A stretch of DNA of 61,475 nt, counting the filler, from Choristocarpus tenellus KU-1152 (Eukaryota > Protista > Phaeophyceae), in assembly GCA_964200185.2 (NCBI GenBank). It is 12 parts of 12 records of this genome, joined end to end, with 100 filler letters (N's around TTAATTAATTAA, not from the genome) between each part and the next. Parts side by side here need not be neighbours in the genome. Positions count along the whole stretch, not along the records: positions 1 to 6,733 come from CAXNAD020007469.1; positions 6,834 to 13,623 come from CAXNAD020007348.1; 10 more parts are not named here. The stretch is one strand, 5' to 3'. Below are positions 1 to 11,765 of the stretch, in pieces. Below the pieces are notes generated by a model. It was not told the origin of the DNA. It made no database searches and saw only the letters and a program-made list of their open reading frames with translations. Position numbers and translations under genes: made by a program. Positions within the stretch are counted from its first letter, which is position 1. The number at the start of each line of letters is the position of its first letter.

Positions 1-49
1 ACACGACTACCTGGTTCCACATAGCCAACGCAATCTTATGGAAACCCTG

Positions 50-960
50 GTAGTCGTGTTACAGGCAGCCAATAGTCCTCCTCAAAGTTGTTACATGAGC
101 AGTTAGGGGATCCTGGAACGGGAGAACATCCTTCACGAAGAACAGTGTGGTTATTGGCTGCCACATGATATAAACTGTAACATGCCGTCCGAAAGCTTCG
201 GCGGGGAAAGCATGTACCTCTCTTGTGTTTTTATCGATGTAGAGAAAGCATAATGCTCTGTTGATAATAATTTCCAGCAAGTAAGTTGTGCAGACCGAAT
301 TTGGCATACCTCCGAAGATAATTCTGTCATCCGTCAATTCTACGATGGTTTGAGGACATGTGTTCGCATGGACGATGGTGAGTGCACGGACTTGTTCGAG
401 GTTGGACAGGGCCTTTGGATGTAGCTATAATTGCTGCGATCAGCTGGAGGATTCAGAAAGGTTGGTTTTTTTCACAAATAAAGCCCAAGTTCCTTACCTC
501 AATTGTATCAGTTGAACTTAAGATTCGAATGCTCCAAGCTGAAGTCTTGAAGCCCTGTTATATGGCTCTTGATGTGGAAACTTTCCCAATCTCATTATCT
601 GAAGTTCAACCCACATCATCACAAATTCCTCCTCCTCCGTCTAATTATAGGTTTCCTCAAACAGGAACACACTCATCATACCCAATTCTACAAATAAATA
701 TACTCTTATGAAGACTGGGTAAGAGAGCTCTGAGGCCACAGTGCGCAAGCAGAGGCTCCTATTTGCTAGGCTAGTTGTTCGCATGGGGGATGAGCGACTT
801 CCCGAGATGCTAATGTTTGGGGAGTTTGCGAAGAAAGAAAATAGAAAACGGAACCAAGGTGGACAGGAGAAGAACTGGTTGACATGCCTCAAAGACGACC
901 TTGACAAATTTGGGATTGGAGATGAGGAATGGAGCACAACTGTGACTATCTAACGGGGGC
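50..960 (+). mobile_element. Degenerate RTE-type non-LTR retrotransposon (LINE) ORF fragments: RT domain and C-terminal region
   Basis: Frameshifted translations give ERENILHEEQCG, LCFIDVEKA*CSVD and FGIPPKI..VIRQFYDGLRTCVRMDDGECTDLFEVGQGL (about 50-420). About 645-960 gives TLMKTG.ESSEATVRKQRLLFARLVVRMGDERLPEMLMFGE..GGQEKNWLTCLKDDLDKFGI. These are typical RTE-clade RT and C-terminal motifs. Stops and frameshifts are present. Confidence 0.85.
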
Positions 961-974
961 GGCGTGGGTATGTA

Positions 975-1214
975 CAGTACTGTGCAAAAAGTTTAGTACA
1001 AACGTGAATTTGACTTTTGAACTTGCGAGTCTAGATGATGCCATAGGTTCTCAATGGGATTTAAATCAGGCGACTGTGCAGGCCATTCCATCAAGGTCGC
1101 AGGCCACCGGTCACCTTTCAAATAGGCAAGGTTCTTTTTCGTCGTATGCTTCGGATCGTTGTCCTGTCTGGAACTCCAATTTTGAATTTGTACTAAACTT
1201 TTTGCACAGTACTG
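975..1214. mobile_element. Tc1/mariner-type MITE, 240 bp
   Basis: Perfect 28-bp TIRs CAGTACTGTGCAAAAAGTTTAGTACAAA (975-1002 and 1187-1214), flanked by TA at 973-974 and 1215-1216. CAGT termini with a TA TSD are the IS630-Tc1-mariner hallmark. Confidence 0.9.
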
Positions 1215-1281
1215 TAGCTAACGATACAATAAGCTTTATTGGCGAATGGCATCCCAAGGAAGCTGTGTATATAGATATTTC

Positions 1282-2340
1282 GAGTCAAAGATATCAGGTG
1301 AGGGCTACCCTGACCCTTGACAGTCCACTAGAGAGCTTTTGCCTTGTCTGCTGTGCTTTACCGCAATTTCGATACGTCGTAATTTTGAATGTCGGGATTA
1401 TTGTCAATGCCAATAGTTTGCTATGCCCGTTTTTGAATGATAACCCAGTCCAGTACTCCCGTCGCGCAAGCGGGTCTGGCCCGTAGCTTTCTAGTTCCTT
1501 ATTTTACATATCAGGCAATATCAATTGCAAGAACGAACTTTCCCTGACTCTGTTGCCCATCTTGGCGGCGGTGCTAGCCTTCTTGTCATCCCAATACCTC
1601 ATGGTCACCTCTACTCCATCCACACGAGGACTTCTTCCCCAAGGCTTAACATCATGCCGACCAGTTTTGAGAAATACATAGCCACTGGATGCATTCACAT
1701 CCCGAAGAAAAGGTTGCAGAAGGAGCATGTTCCCGTGTGCAAGGTGATGGTCCTGCCTGACCACATACGTTGTCGAAGAACTGATGGAGGTCCTCGCAGA
1801 GGTGGACCTCGCTTTGAGTTGATGCACCCCATTTAGCATCAAAGATTACGTCAGAAAATGATCAGAGCCGCTGAGCCATTGCCGCCTTGTGACTATGAAG
1901 TCAGCAGGCTTAAGGTTTTCAGGGTTATCGATTGGTTCATCGGCTTGGTTTGGATGTTTGACTTGATAAGGTGGATCACATCACATGATGTAGAACGTAG
2001 AATTTTTAGGTTTTTCAAAAAATATAGGAAGGCGTTCACAGCAGTGCACTCCCTCCAGATCACCCTTGTCTGCCCGTTAAGTGGTCGAGAAATCTCGACT
2101 ATGCCCCGCCACCTCAAATCTTTGGACAGCCATGCGTTTCACAATGTAGATATATCTAACCACTGGGTATGAAGGGGTCTTACAGATTCTTGAAATCTTT
2201 CCGTCGCTCCTTTCCCAGCTTCTTAGGGATAGATTGGAGGCGTCATCATCATAATAGTGATGTATGTGAAGATTATTGGTTCATAGGGAACAATCCCCCC
2301 AAAGAACCTTGTTATTATATATTAAGATTTATGGTTCAGT
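1282..2340 (-). mobile_element. Possible degenerate Sola-like DNA transposase remnant with one terminus
   Basis: GAGTCAAAGATATC at 1282 resembles the MITE TIRs elsewhere in the window. The minus-strand translation near 2085-2165 reads PVVRYIYIVKRMAVQRFEVAGHSR(fs)FLDHLTG, resembling the F-x-x-x-GH[ST]-x4-D stretch of Sola-type DDD transposases. The region is broken by stops. Confidence 0.35.
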
Positions 2341-3058
2341 TTTTTAGAAAGACATCTTTTGAATGAATTAGAAAATCTTCTTATTACATAGAAACTTGTA
2401 ACTTGATTTTGATCTTTCCCTTCCCCTCCTCCCTCTATATCTATCTGGAAAAAAATGTTGGTTGGCATAATAGTATACACTACTTCTTCTAAAATTCAAG
2501 ATTTCTAAGAGTTAGCACAGCTCGTAGTTGGGCGGTATACTCTTCTAAATTCAAGATTTTCTAATAGTTAGCACAGCTCGTAGTCGGGGGGGTTAGGGCA
2601 CAAAATTAGCACACCTACCTCCTTACCTACAATAGTAGTATCAAGAAAATGTTGAACCTTCCTCCTCCCGTGAAATTGTGTGTTCTCTCACAGTCTCGTG
2701 ATGCTGCGATGATGATGTAGATGATCAAGGATAGGAATGCTGGCATGTTCGGGCAGGCCTTTAAGGAAAGATAAATAATCAGGAGTGTTTTGTGTGTTAG
2801 GAGCCTTTTATATTACATCTTTGGTCAAGACTGCATGATAAGGAAAAAAAGTGTTTGGCTTCTTCTTCTGTCTTGTACTGTTGTGCAGTTTGCAATTCCT
2901 GTTGTGTATTTTCTTGCCTGAGAACCCGTAAATAATATGGGGAGAGTGGTAGGAGTGAAGACAAGGGGGGCAACCTGGGCCAATGTCCACCCCTCCCTGC
3001 TGTTGTCTTTCTTACTGAGTAAGCATGGGCTACTTGGAACCACATGTCTGTATTATTA

Positions 3059-3059
3059 A

Positions 3060-3096
<37 letters not shown>
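3059..3096. repeat. (ACT)n microsatellite
   Basis: Directly visible tandem ACT units. Confidence 0.95.
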
Positions 3097-3121
3097 GTAT
3101 GCACACTTACTAACCACATCT

Positions 3122-3386
3122 GAGCCAAACCAATTGAGAGGTGGGCAGAGTTACATTTAAGGATCCCGGTAGGAAGGGCAAAAAGACGCCATTTTTTGTG
3201 CAATTGCAGAAAGAGTCTTCGCTAAATTGTGGAGTCACCTTGTGTATATAAAGAAGGGGGAATAGCATTGTTGTGTACATTATTATGCACATAAAGCAAT
3301 GAATTAGAGTGTATGGCACAGGTTAAGAAACATGGCTTAGAATGCAAAATGTTTCAAACCTGCCTACTTCTCAATTGATTTGGCTC
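3122..3386. mobile_element. MITE family C (Sola-like), 265 bp
   Basis: 27-bp TIRs GAGCCAAACCAATTGAGAGGTGGGCAG and CTGCCTACTTCTCAATTGATTTGGCTC (24/27 match). Perfect 4-bp TSD ATCT on both sides. Confidence 0.85.
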
Positions 3387-6300
3387 ATCTGGCATCTATA
3401 GACAGAACGGCCATGTACGTATGACCAGCTTACACACGACAAATGAATGATGAGTTGGTCGTGCGACTGATATGTAAGGAACTAACAGGTAGAGATATGT
3501 CCACAACTCAAAGTGTAGCTCAAAAGCTGAGGGCAGGGCCATCTAGTGGTATGTTTGGAATATTACATTTTGACAAGTAGTATGCACATGTATGAGAATA
3601 TTAGAGGTTTTGATATTGTTGTAATGGGTTGGAAATTACGAAATTTCACATCGCTGGGAAAAATCAGCTGTATTTTACGGTTTTGTATGAGGAAGCATAT
3701 AATATGGGAGTGTGTATGTCAAGTTGCTTGTATGGGTATAGGTTGTGATGTAGGGAGTGGTGAAGTGCAGAGGGGAACCCTGCTGTCTCAGGGAACCACC
3801 CCTGACATACTTTGTTCACTTCTTCAAATAAATCTTAGGGTTATTTGCACACACAGGTAAGGGTTAGGGCTAGGGTAAGGTTTTCGAAAATGTGTGTGAA
3901 AAAGTGAATAGTGGTGGATCCTTGAGAGGCAGTGGTTCCTAGTGCAAAATGTACTGCTGTGGCACTTTTTGAATATTTCTTGGTTGGTCAGGGATATTTT
4001 TCACACACAAGTTAGGGTTAGGGTTAGGGTTATCATTGGGATAGGGTTAGGTTTTCGAAAATGAAAAAAGGAAAAATATTTTAGTGGTAGTTCCCGAAGA
4101 TAAGGGGGTTCCCCTGATGCTGAAGGACATTGGAATGGTTTTGTGGGGTGGTAAATGGGAGGTTGACTGCGTAGTTGCGTCTCAGTGTCTGTATCCATAT
4201 ATATATATAAATAGGTTTGTGAAATGTGCTTGATCTAACCATGATCGCCACCGTTCATTCCCACCGTCATTAATGAATAAATAGTACCGTGTCACACCCA
4301 CAACCTAGTAACAACACAGATCACGTTCCGGAAAGGGGATGCAATGCACCACAGAGCCAAAGCAAACGAGAGGTACCCAGGTTTCGGTCATTTTTCATTT
4401 TGGGTATGTACTTCAATCTTTTACAATTCACCAGTATGTCTATGTAAGAAGTTAAAGTTCTACTTGAGAGCGTTTATTTCTCCATTGTTTGAAACTTTTT
4501 CGACACAACTCAGAAAATAGCATACACATTAATAAAAAGACAGTCGAATTTTGCACACATTTGTCAGCATCCTTAAAATTTAACTCTGGGTACCTCTCAT
4601 TTACCTCGACTTCCACTTGCACACTAACATAAAAAATACGTGGAGGCAAACAAGTGCAACGCCCTCCTCTCCGAGGTCCTCAAAATGCAACCCCCTGGAT
4701 ATCCACACCCACAAAATCACGCCAGTTGAACCGTATTTCTCTCTACTCCTTTCCAGTATAACCCCCCCCCACTAGGTGCAGAAAATGTCGATTTTGTTCT
4801 GCCTTAGAAAATCCAATGCCCTTCAAGTTCGGAGATTTGAAGGGTTGGGCCTACTTTCAAATGAGTTCGTGTTGGGCATACTGATCGCAGGATGCGGCCC
4901 ATTGGTAGAGACCTAGTTCCAGAGCGCACTTGTTACAATGTGACAACGCCAAACTGATGCATCTAAACAGACTCTGGTTGAGATGGATCAATCGCATGTT
5001 GCATTTCCTCCATCTCCACAATTACAGCATCTTACATTGTGCTCAAAGAACCATGAGATACCTTATGCATATATATATATACATACACATACACATACAC
5101 ATGAAGAAAAGAAAATGCAGTGAGAGGGTCGTCAAATACAGAGTAGTTTCTTTGACCTCGAACGTAGAGTGTTTTGTAACCATTCTTACATCTACAACAG
5201 CACACACCAGGCACATACAACTACAACACAATAGACAACACACCACCCATGGGTGAACCAAGACCAAAAGGTATACAATCAGCAGCAGTAATGTACCTAG
5301 CCATCCATCAACCAATAAATATCCTACAGCTGCTCAAAAAATAGCTTTGCTAGCTTTCCGATGCAGCAAAGCACCCTTAAAAACATAGGCACAACTACCA
5401 CATCCATGAGGGAGGTTCACACCGATAATTAGTAACATATTGTATTGACTCTCCGCTCAACCTAGCACCTATCACAGCAACATGCTCTTGTGCACCATTC
5501 TACTCCCTCCTTCCCCTGAACTCCCCCTGACATGACCAGCTCTACTATTGCAACAACCTGCCCTCCTTCTTTGCCCGCAGACATCACCAAAGTGTTCCCT
5601 GGTGGTGCGCTGCTTGCTACTACCAGGTAGCAGTATACAACAAATCAGGCATTGTACTACAATTACAGCACCGAGGAAAACCACAGGTACAAGTGGGACT
5701 AGCGTCAGCAGCACAACCAACCCTCCTGACATCTGCAGTCAGTATTTTAATAGTTGTCTAACCATGCAACACACATACACTAAGCCACTTGCCGAAAGAA
5801 TCACGTGGCAAGGGGCCGATCCATTAGGAGCAATAAACAACAGAAGACAACACCATAATCAGTGAAATCTATCATACTCACCAACACACGCACAACTCAC
5901 AGTTAATCAGTCAACCAGTTACACGTCCCCAGAAACACTAACGAACATTCCCTTCCCCCCCTCCACGCTCTCCTACGACTACTCTGAACGCAACGAGGCT
6001 CTACATCAAACAAGGGTGAGATTATTGTATGGCCAGACAACAAAGAAATCAAGGACAGTGATCTCACGCGACATACATTCCCACAACAGCCCAGAACACA
6101 GTCGTTTACCGAGGGAAGCAGATGAGTACGACCCGCTGCAGCTTTCACTCCATTCTCTTTCTGCTCCCTCCCACTCTCCCTTCATATGCACCAAAATGAC
6201 AAGCACGAGCCCCGACTGACAATACTGGCCCCCATTGAGCTGCAAAACACACCGGTTTTCCCAAAAGCAAAAGCGTGTCCAACAATGTGTAGGCTAGAGT

Positions 6301-6449
6301 CCGTCGCAGCTGTGGGGGGTGGGTCTCAAAAAAGCAAAAGCACCCCCCATACTGGATAAACAGTCAAAAATGGCATGATAAAAAAGAAAGGGCAGTCACA
6401 ACAGCACACAGGAACTTTCTTTCCAGCTACTGGAAAAAGGAAAAACAAT

Positions 6450-6733
6450 TCAGCGTGAGCCTCCTATGCCCATCCATGTGTTGGACATTGTGGTAGCAGG
6501 GCCACTCTGACCTGTTGTACCAAGCCCTGGAGCAAGCCTGTTCCCATTTGTTGCCATGGCACCCATGCTCCCCATTGTTTGCCCCATACCCACAGGCATA
6601 GCTCCAGTCGGGGCCTGTACGCCCCCATTTGAACTCTGCCCTGGAATTTGCCCGTGCGCCACCATCGGCATTCCGTTGCCCATCATATTGCTGCCTGATT
6701 GTTGCATGCTCCCCCACCCCTGTCGGGATACCC
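6450..6733 (-). CDS. Probable 3'-terminal exon of an unknown G/M/Q-rich low-complexity protein (5' end cut off by the contig end)
   Basis: The frame is open from the contig edge to TGA at 6450: VSRQGWGSMQQSGSNMMGNGMPMVAHGQIPGQ...GIGGSR*. The composition is protein-like, but I recognise no domain. Confidence 0.45.
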
Positions 6734-6833
6734 NNNNNNNNNNNNNNNNNNNNNNNNNNNNNNNNNNNNNNNNNNNNTTAATTAATTAANNNNNNNNNNN
6801 NNNNNNNNNNNNNNNNNNNNNNNNNNNNNNNNN
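6734..6833. other. Artificial contig linker N44-TTAATTAATTAA-N44 (first of 11)
   Basis: Identical 100-nt linkers with stops in all six frames also occur at 13624-13723, 17082-17181, 23814-23913, 28688-28787, 32021-32120, 35778-35877, 44320-44419, 49040-49139, 52725-52824 and 56224-56323. Confidence 0.98.
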
Positions 6834-6891
6834 CCGCACTTTCCCTCCCCCCAGAGGGGGGGGGAACAGGGGAGGGGAAACAAAAACGAAA

Positions 6892-6945
<54 letters not shown>

Positions 6946-7087
6946 GGGAGGAAGGAGCAAGGAGGAAATGCATTTTCTTGTAAGGAGTGAGGAGGATGGG
7001 TTCCTAGCACATTTCGATTGGACGGCGCATGAGTCTCACGTGCCTTGATGGAGTCATTCTGTCAATGATATGCAAGCATTACAGAGG

Positions 7088-7118
<31 letters not shown>

Positions 7119-7594
7119 TGTATCTTTATCTATTAATGTCGCATCAACCTATCGGGGGATGCAGTCAGAAGAGAAAATGCTGCATATTTTCTCCAACATC
7201 TCTACATCATTTTCGATTTGATTTGTGGACATATCTCCTTCCACATCCCGAGTGAGTAGAACACACCGAACGAACCCTAACCCTAACCCCATCCCTAACC
7301 CTAAATCTAAACCGTGGAGTTCCGTGATCCACGATGGCGGGATGCCACTCTCCTCACCCATATAACTTCTGGGGGGCAATTCCGGTCATTGTACAGTTCA
7401 TTGTCATTCGCGCAAGGAAGTCAAGACACGTATGACCCTGTTTGAAAACACTACAATGCCCACAGAGTGAGAGGAAGGCAGATAGCCTTGGACACAGACC
7501 CGCGTAGGATCTCTCCTATTCTAATACGACCCTCTGCAGTGTGCAGAGCAGAGCCCACGCAGTGGGGTTGTTCTGCTTGTGATGAGAATGGTGG

Positions 7595-7771
7595 ATAATT
7601 ATTATTATTATTATCTAGGATTATTATTACTATTATCTAGGATTATTATTATCATTACTATTATCTAGGATTATTATTATTATTATTATCATTACTATTA
7701 TCTAGGATTATTATTATTATTATTATTATTACTATTATCTAGGATTATTATTATTACTATTATCTAGGATT
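7595..7771. repeat. Compound minisatellite (TTA)n-CTATTATCTAGGA
   Basis: About six TCTAGGA motifs separated by variable (TTA)n tracts. Confidence 0.9.
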
Positions 7772-9243
7772 AAAGTGTAATCTTTCGATAGGATTTTTTT
7801 TTTAAAGAAACAGGACAACTATTTTGTGACAAATGAGGGGGTATTGGGTTTCTATTATTAAGGAGGCCTAACTCAGCACGGTGTTGTGTTATTATTAGCA
7901 CAGGTTCTATGACACAAGTGAGCAAGAAATTAATATGCGTGCATAGTATTCACGTTCACACTCATGAAAATAATCTCCACACGTATTTCAAGGGGGGGTG
8001 GGTGAGGGTGACAGTGTAATTGAAAGGAGGAGTTATCACAATAAAAATGAGGCTAGCGTTAGGGTTACATGAAATCATAAGGAGGTGTTCTCAAAATGAA
8101 GATTTGAGGTTAGGGTTAGCGTAAAAAGGTGTTGTAAAGCGTTGCATGATCTAGGTGGACTATCAACTACATTTCCAAAGAACAGCAGCGGTGGTGCAAG
8201 AGGGGCAATATTTATAGGCTGCCAATCTTTCAAGCGATTGTATTTTTGTTTTTTTTTCAATATGCAACATAGTAAATACTTAAGAACATGTATAGAAGAA
8301 ATTTCTATCAAAGCAGCAACTACTACTGCGAAACAAGTATCGACTATAGTTGTGTCTGAAGGAACCAAAAAATTATAAAGTGAAAACCTCAATAAAAAGC
8401 AAAAACGTTTCGATTTTGATTTGTAGCCTAACTCATCACGGCGGTGTGCCCAATCGACAAATTAAAAAAAAAAAAAACTCCCATCTAAAAAAATAACGAT
8501 AAAAAACCCTCAATCTAAATTACTACAGTAACAAATTCTCCATCAAAAAAAAAAAAGCAATGAAGAACTCAACATCCTTTCCCGCAACACACAAAGAAGA
8601 AGCTTCCTCTGCTTCAAAGCTCAAACTCAAAAAAAGAAAAGTTGACCAGGTGTCCGTCGTCCCTCCGTCCGTCCATACACCGGTCGCACCAGCTGTGCTA
8701 AAGAAAAAAAAAATCCTAACATACAATCTTTTCCAAAAATGTCGTTTTTTTTTGTGTGTGTGTGTGTTTTGTTTTTTTTCTCTCTCTCTCTCTCTCAAAG
8801 ACGGTTCTGCTGATAGATTATTCCCACGGCGTCTCCCACCATCACAGATTGTGGTCCCGGCCCCGTATCATTTTCTGACCTATTTTGGGGGTCACCATAA
8901 AGATACCTCGGTGAGGTTTTTGACTGATCAACTCCCGCATCTTTACATTCATTATAGGGTAATTTTCCTCTCCGACTTTTCGATCCACGTCAATAATCAG
9001 GTCAGGAGATGGGAACAGACAGACGATAAATTGTTCCTCACCGTTGGAGCTGTCGATCGAACGAGTAGTTGTAGTAATTAATTGTCCGAGGTATCAGCTT
9101 GTGACCCAAATGAAGCTTGAAAAAAGCCTGACAAGTTACTAATTGCTCGATAGTCTGTATCTTTGTGCAGGAATGTCATCAACATGGAATGTGGATAGGC
9201 GTTACAATTCTCCAGTCAGAATCCTCATACATGAATTCCTCAC

Positions 9244-10227
9244 CTCAAGGCGATATGCAAGGGTCACCTTGATGGCCGCCACCCCCAGGTGGTCCACAAT
9301 GCCTCCGAGTGGGGAATACAGGGCATGGGCCATGCTAGGGACGTGCACTGCAGAGCGGAGAACCTTTCGCACTTCGAGTGACTGACGCGGTCATCAGTGG
9401 CGAAGATGGTGGGTGAGGATAAAAATATATTCATTGTGCAGTCATGAGCAGTAGCTTCGGGCAAGATTTAGTCGTGTACATCAGAACTTGAAGGTAGGGG
9501 AGGAGGGGGACATATGGTTTAGGAATGATGCCTTGAGGGGGTGATGACAACAAGGGTTCACATTGTGTGACTTTTCGTTCCAACCCTTTACGTGTAGGCA
9601 GGAGTATCTTGGATTATCAGTTGTCGGGAGAGGGCATACTACTAGGCCGAAACTTAACCTACAGATTTCAGGGGTTGTAGTAGACTGCCCTGTCCTGTGA
9701 CGGTGAGCCAGGTTCATGAACGGGTTGACATCAAGATAGCGAGTCTCCCCGCACCCCCGCAGTAAAAGAAGCGAATTAATCCCAAATACCGACAACCAAA
9801 TCACACCACCCCCTGCGTCCCATCTGCAGGTAGTAATCAATAAAAATCGGACAGTAAAATTCGTCTTGATCATAAAATCACGCCAACAAATCCTCAATCC
9901 TCCAGGAACCTGAAAACATGCGACTGACAAAAAAAAGGTCACCTTGACGGTTATAAAGATTGCATCCGTGGCCCAGAGCGGGGACAATACAACAGCCCAG
10001 GGCCAATCCAGCGTCCCCTCCAGCTTGTTGAGCAGAAACACGAAGAAGATTAGGTCAAAGAGATGAGCTGGGACCATAGCGTATGGTGACAATCTGAAGT
10101 TATCCACCGCCCCCCTCATTTGTGTCTGCTGTGCCATCTCCCGCTGTCTCCGCTCCTCCAGCTGTTCCCTCCGCTCTTGTGATATGTCTCCAAGCTCCCG
10201 TGGGAGAGGGACACTCTCGATCGGCAT
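9244..10227 (-). CDS. TMEM185/Fragile-X-F (Tmemb_185A) family membrane protein, exons 1-2 (partial)
   Basis: Exon 1 is 10227-9943 (95 aa, MPIESV...LIFFVFLLNKLEGTLDWPWAVVLSPLWATDAIFITVK, GT donor) and contains the family motif KL[DE]G..x-W-x-W..V..PLW. Exon 2 is 9381-9244 (cag|SLEVRKV...AAIKVTLAYRLE|gtgagg), joined in phase 0. Later exons were not found. Confidence 0.75.
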
Positions 10228-10776
10228 GGTACTCGGATGTACAAAAAGGATTCTTCTACCAAGACAACAGCAATGATGAGGCTCTCTCCTGGGATTCAAA
10301 AGCCTAGGCAGTGAAAGTAAAGCTTAGAGGATCGATCCACCTAGCTATTACCACAATCTTTCGATTTTTCCTTGACAATGCCTCTTATCCAGCTCTTTGC
10401 TCCAAGGTGTTACAAAGGAATCTCCAAGCTCAAAAGGGGTTTTGAAAAAAGTTGCTCGATCAGCCGATTGCCAGTCAACAAGATCACGGTACCGAGAACC
10501 TCCTTCCTCCACAACTCGCAACGTTGCTTAGCAATCCCTGGTGGCAATGGTTCTCTTCGCCACCTAAGGGAGAAGATTGAACCTTCCCTCCTCAACTTCC
10601 AGTCTTCATACTCTCTATCCCTGTTGTTGGACAAACAAGCCACTGTTATCAAAATTATTCGATGGGATCGAACCGAATATGGATGAGAGGAGTGACCAGA
10701 AACGGGTGTACCTCAACACGTCTTTGATTCAAAATTTACATTCCCTAACCTTTTGATATTAGTACCTACACTTTTT

Positions 10777-10804
10777 CAACCAATCGTATCCTTCCAACCA
10801 ATCG
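10777..10804 (+). promoter_or_regulatory. Tandem CCAAT boxes (CAACCAATCG x2) in the divergent intergenic region
   Basis: CAACCAATCG occurs at 10777-10786 and 10795-10804, within the about 800-bp gap between the divergent ATGs at 10227 (-) and 11025 (+). Function is inferred only. Confidence 0.35.
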
Positions 10805-11024
10805 CTCACAATAACACCGCATTTCCCTAACTCTGAGAACACCCCAGTCGCCACAGTAAACTTTGGTAGTGAAACACATCCAAGAAGGCTCAGAACCCCT
10901 CACTTTCCTTAAGACCTCCTAAGTATCCCAATCTAAATCGGCCGGAAAAAAGGAGAGGCCTTGGATTGAGTTGTGTTATCATAAATTCTTAATAGTATCG
11001 CCCGTGGGGCGTCAAGATACCGTT

Positions 11025-11765
11025 ATGGCAAGGATGAGTGAATGGGGCTTCGTCTGGAAGGCTCCTCTCCTCTGCTTGATGCTGATGGCCTTACAAGATC
11101 AAGATACCGTTGGTGTAGAAGGGAGTGTGCAAGAAATCGTGGCTTCGAGTTCAAGCTACAAGGAACCAGACACCAGCGGTCTAAGCTTCGTGTCAACTTT
11201 TCAGGCAGGCGATTTGCGAGTACAGAGTTGTTTATGGCATGACCAATTGTCATCTGAATCTATTTTTGCGCTGATTCCTACCGCTTCTTACTTAGACAGA
11301 GATTCGACTACTGCGGGTTAATCGTCCCCCCCAACTAGTGTGATTTATTTTTTTCCTTGCTCTGAAAGTGACGGGTACTTGTCGGATATCCTACAGGATT
11401 TTCTCTTCGTCTGTCGAATTGTGTTAGTTAAGAGAAAGGGAAGGTCAAAACAAGAGGTAGAGCACTTCTATTTGATAGATCATCGTTCTCTCACATTCAC
11501 TCAAGATGAACGAGATGACCCTCCCTCATGTAACACGTCTTGGGTATTACTCCTTCTCGTGCACCCTTCTACGTTCTAACAGGGAGAAAATGGATTGGAA
11601 TCTTGGGTCATGAGCGCCAATAGTAAGTACGAAGGCCAGGACGTGTCGCTGGCTGATTGCAGTCTAGAGGGACTGGAGGAGGATAAGGGGCTGCTGCTTG
11701 GGGCTAAGCACAAGCACTACGGTCTCACATCCCCCTTCGCAACGCCTCTTTCCATCGATGGCAAG
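11025..11765 (+). CDS. CANX: Calnexin, exons 1-2 (partial)
   Basis: Exon 1 is 11025-11204 (signal-peptide-like N-terminus, then YKEPDTSGLSFVSTFQ; probable GC donor CAG|GCAGGC). Exon 2 is 11583-11765 (GENGLESWVMSANSKYEGQDV...EEDKGLLLGAKHKHYGLTSPFATPLSIDGK|gt). This matches the calnexin lectin-domain start W..S...Y.G...D.GLL....KHY.I...L..P. Confidence 0.82.

Noticed and set aside
929-1486. 185-aa ORF
   Set aside because: It spans a LINE tail, a MITE and another TE terminus and has no recognisable domain; a chance ORF.
6778-6789. Repeated palindromic TTAATTAATTAA motif, which could be mistaken for a dispersed repeat or CRISPR-like unit
   Set aside because: It is always centred in an identical N-padded 100-nt block and puts stops in all six frames: an assembly linker.
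6778-7010. Poly-proline ORFs
   Set aside because: They are translations of a poly-G run at a contig end that run into Ns.
7595-7771. Repeat-spacer-like array (TCTAGGA separated by variable tracts)
   Set aside because: The spacers are just (TTA)n slippage products, and there are no cas genes in this eukaryotic context.
9481-10299. 272-aa single-exon ORF
   Set aside because: Only 10227-9943 is supported. The rest reads through an intron, as shown by the good phase-0 exon at 9381-9244.
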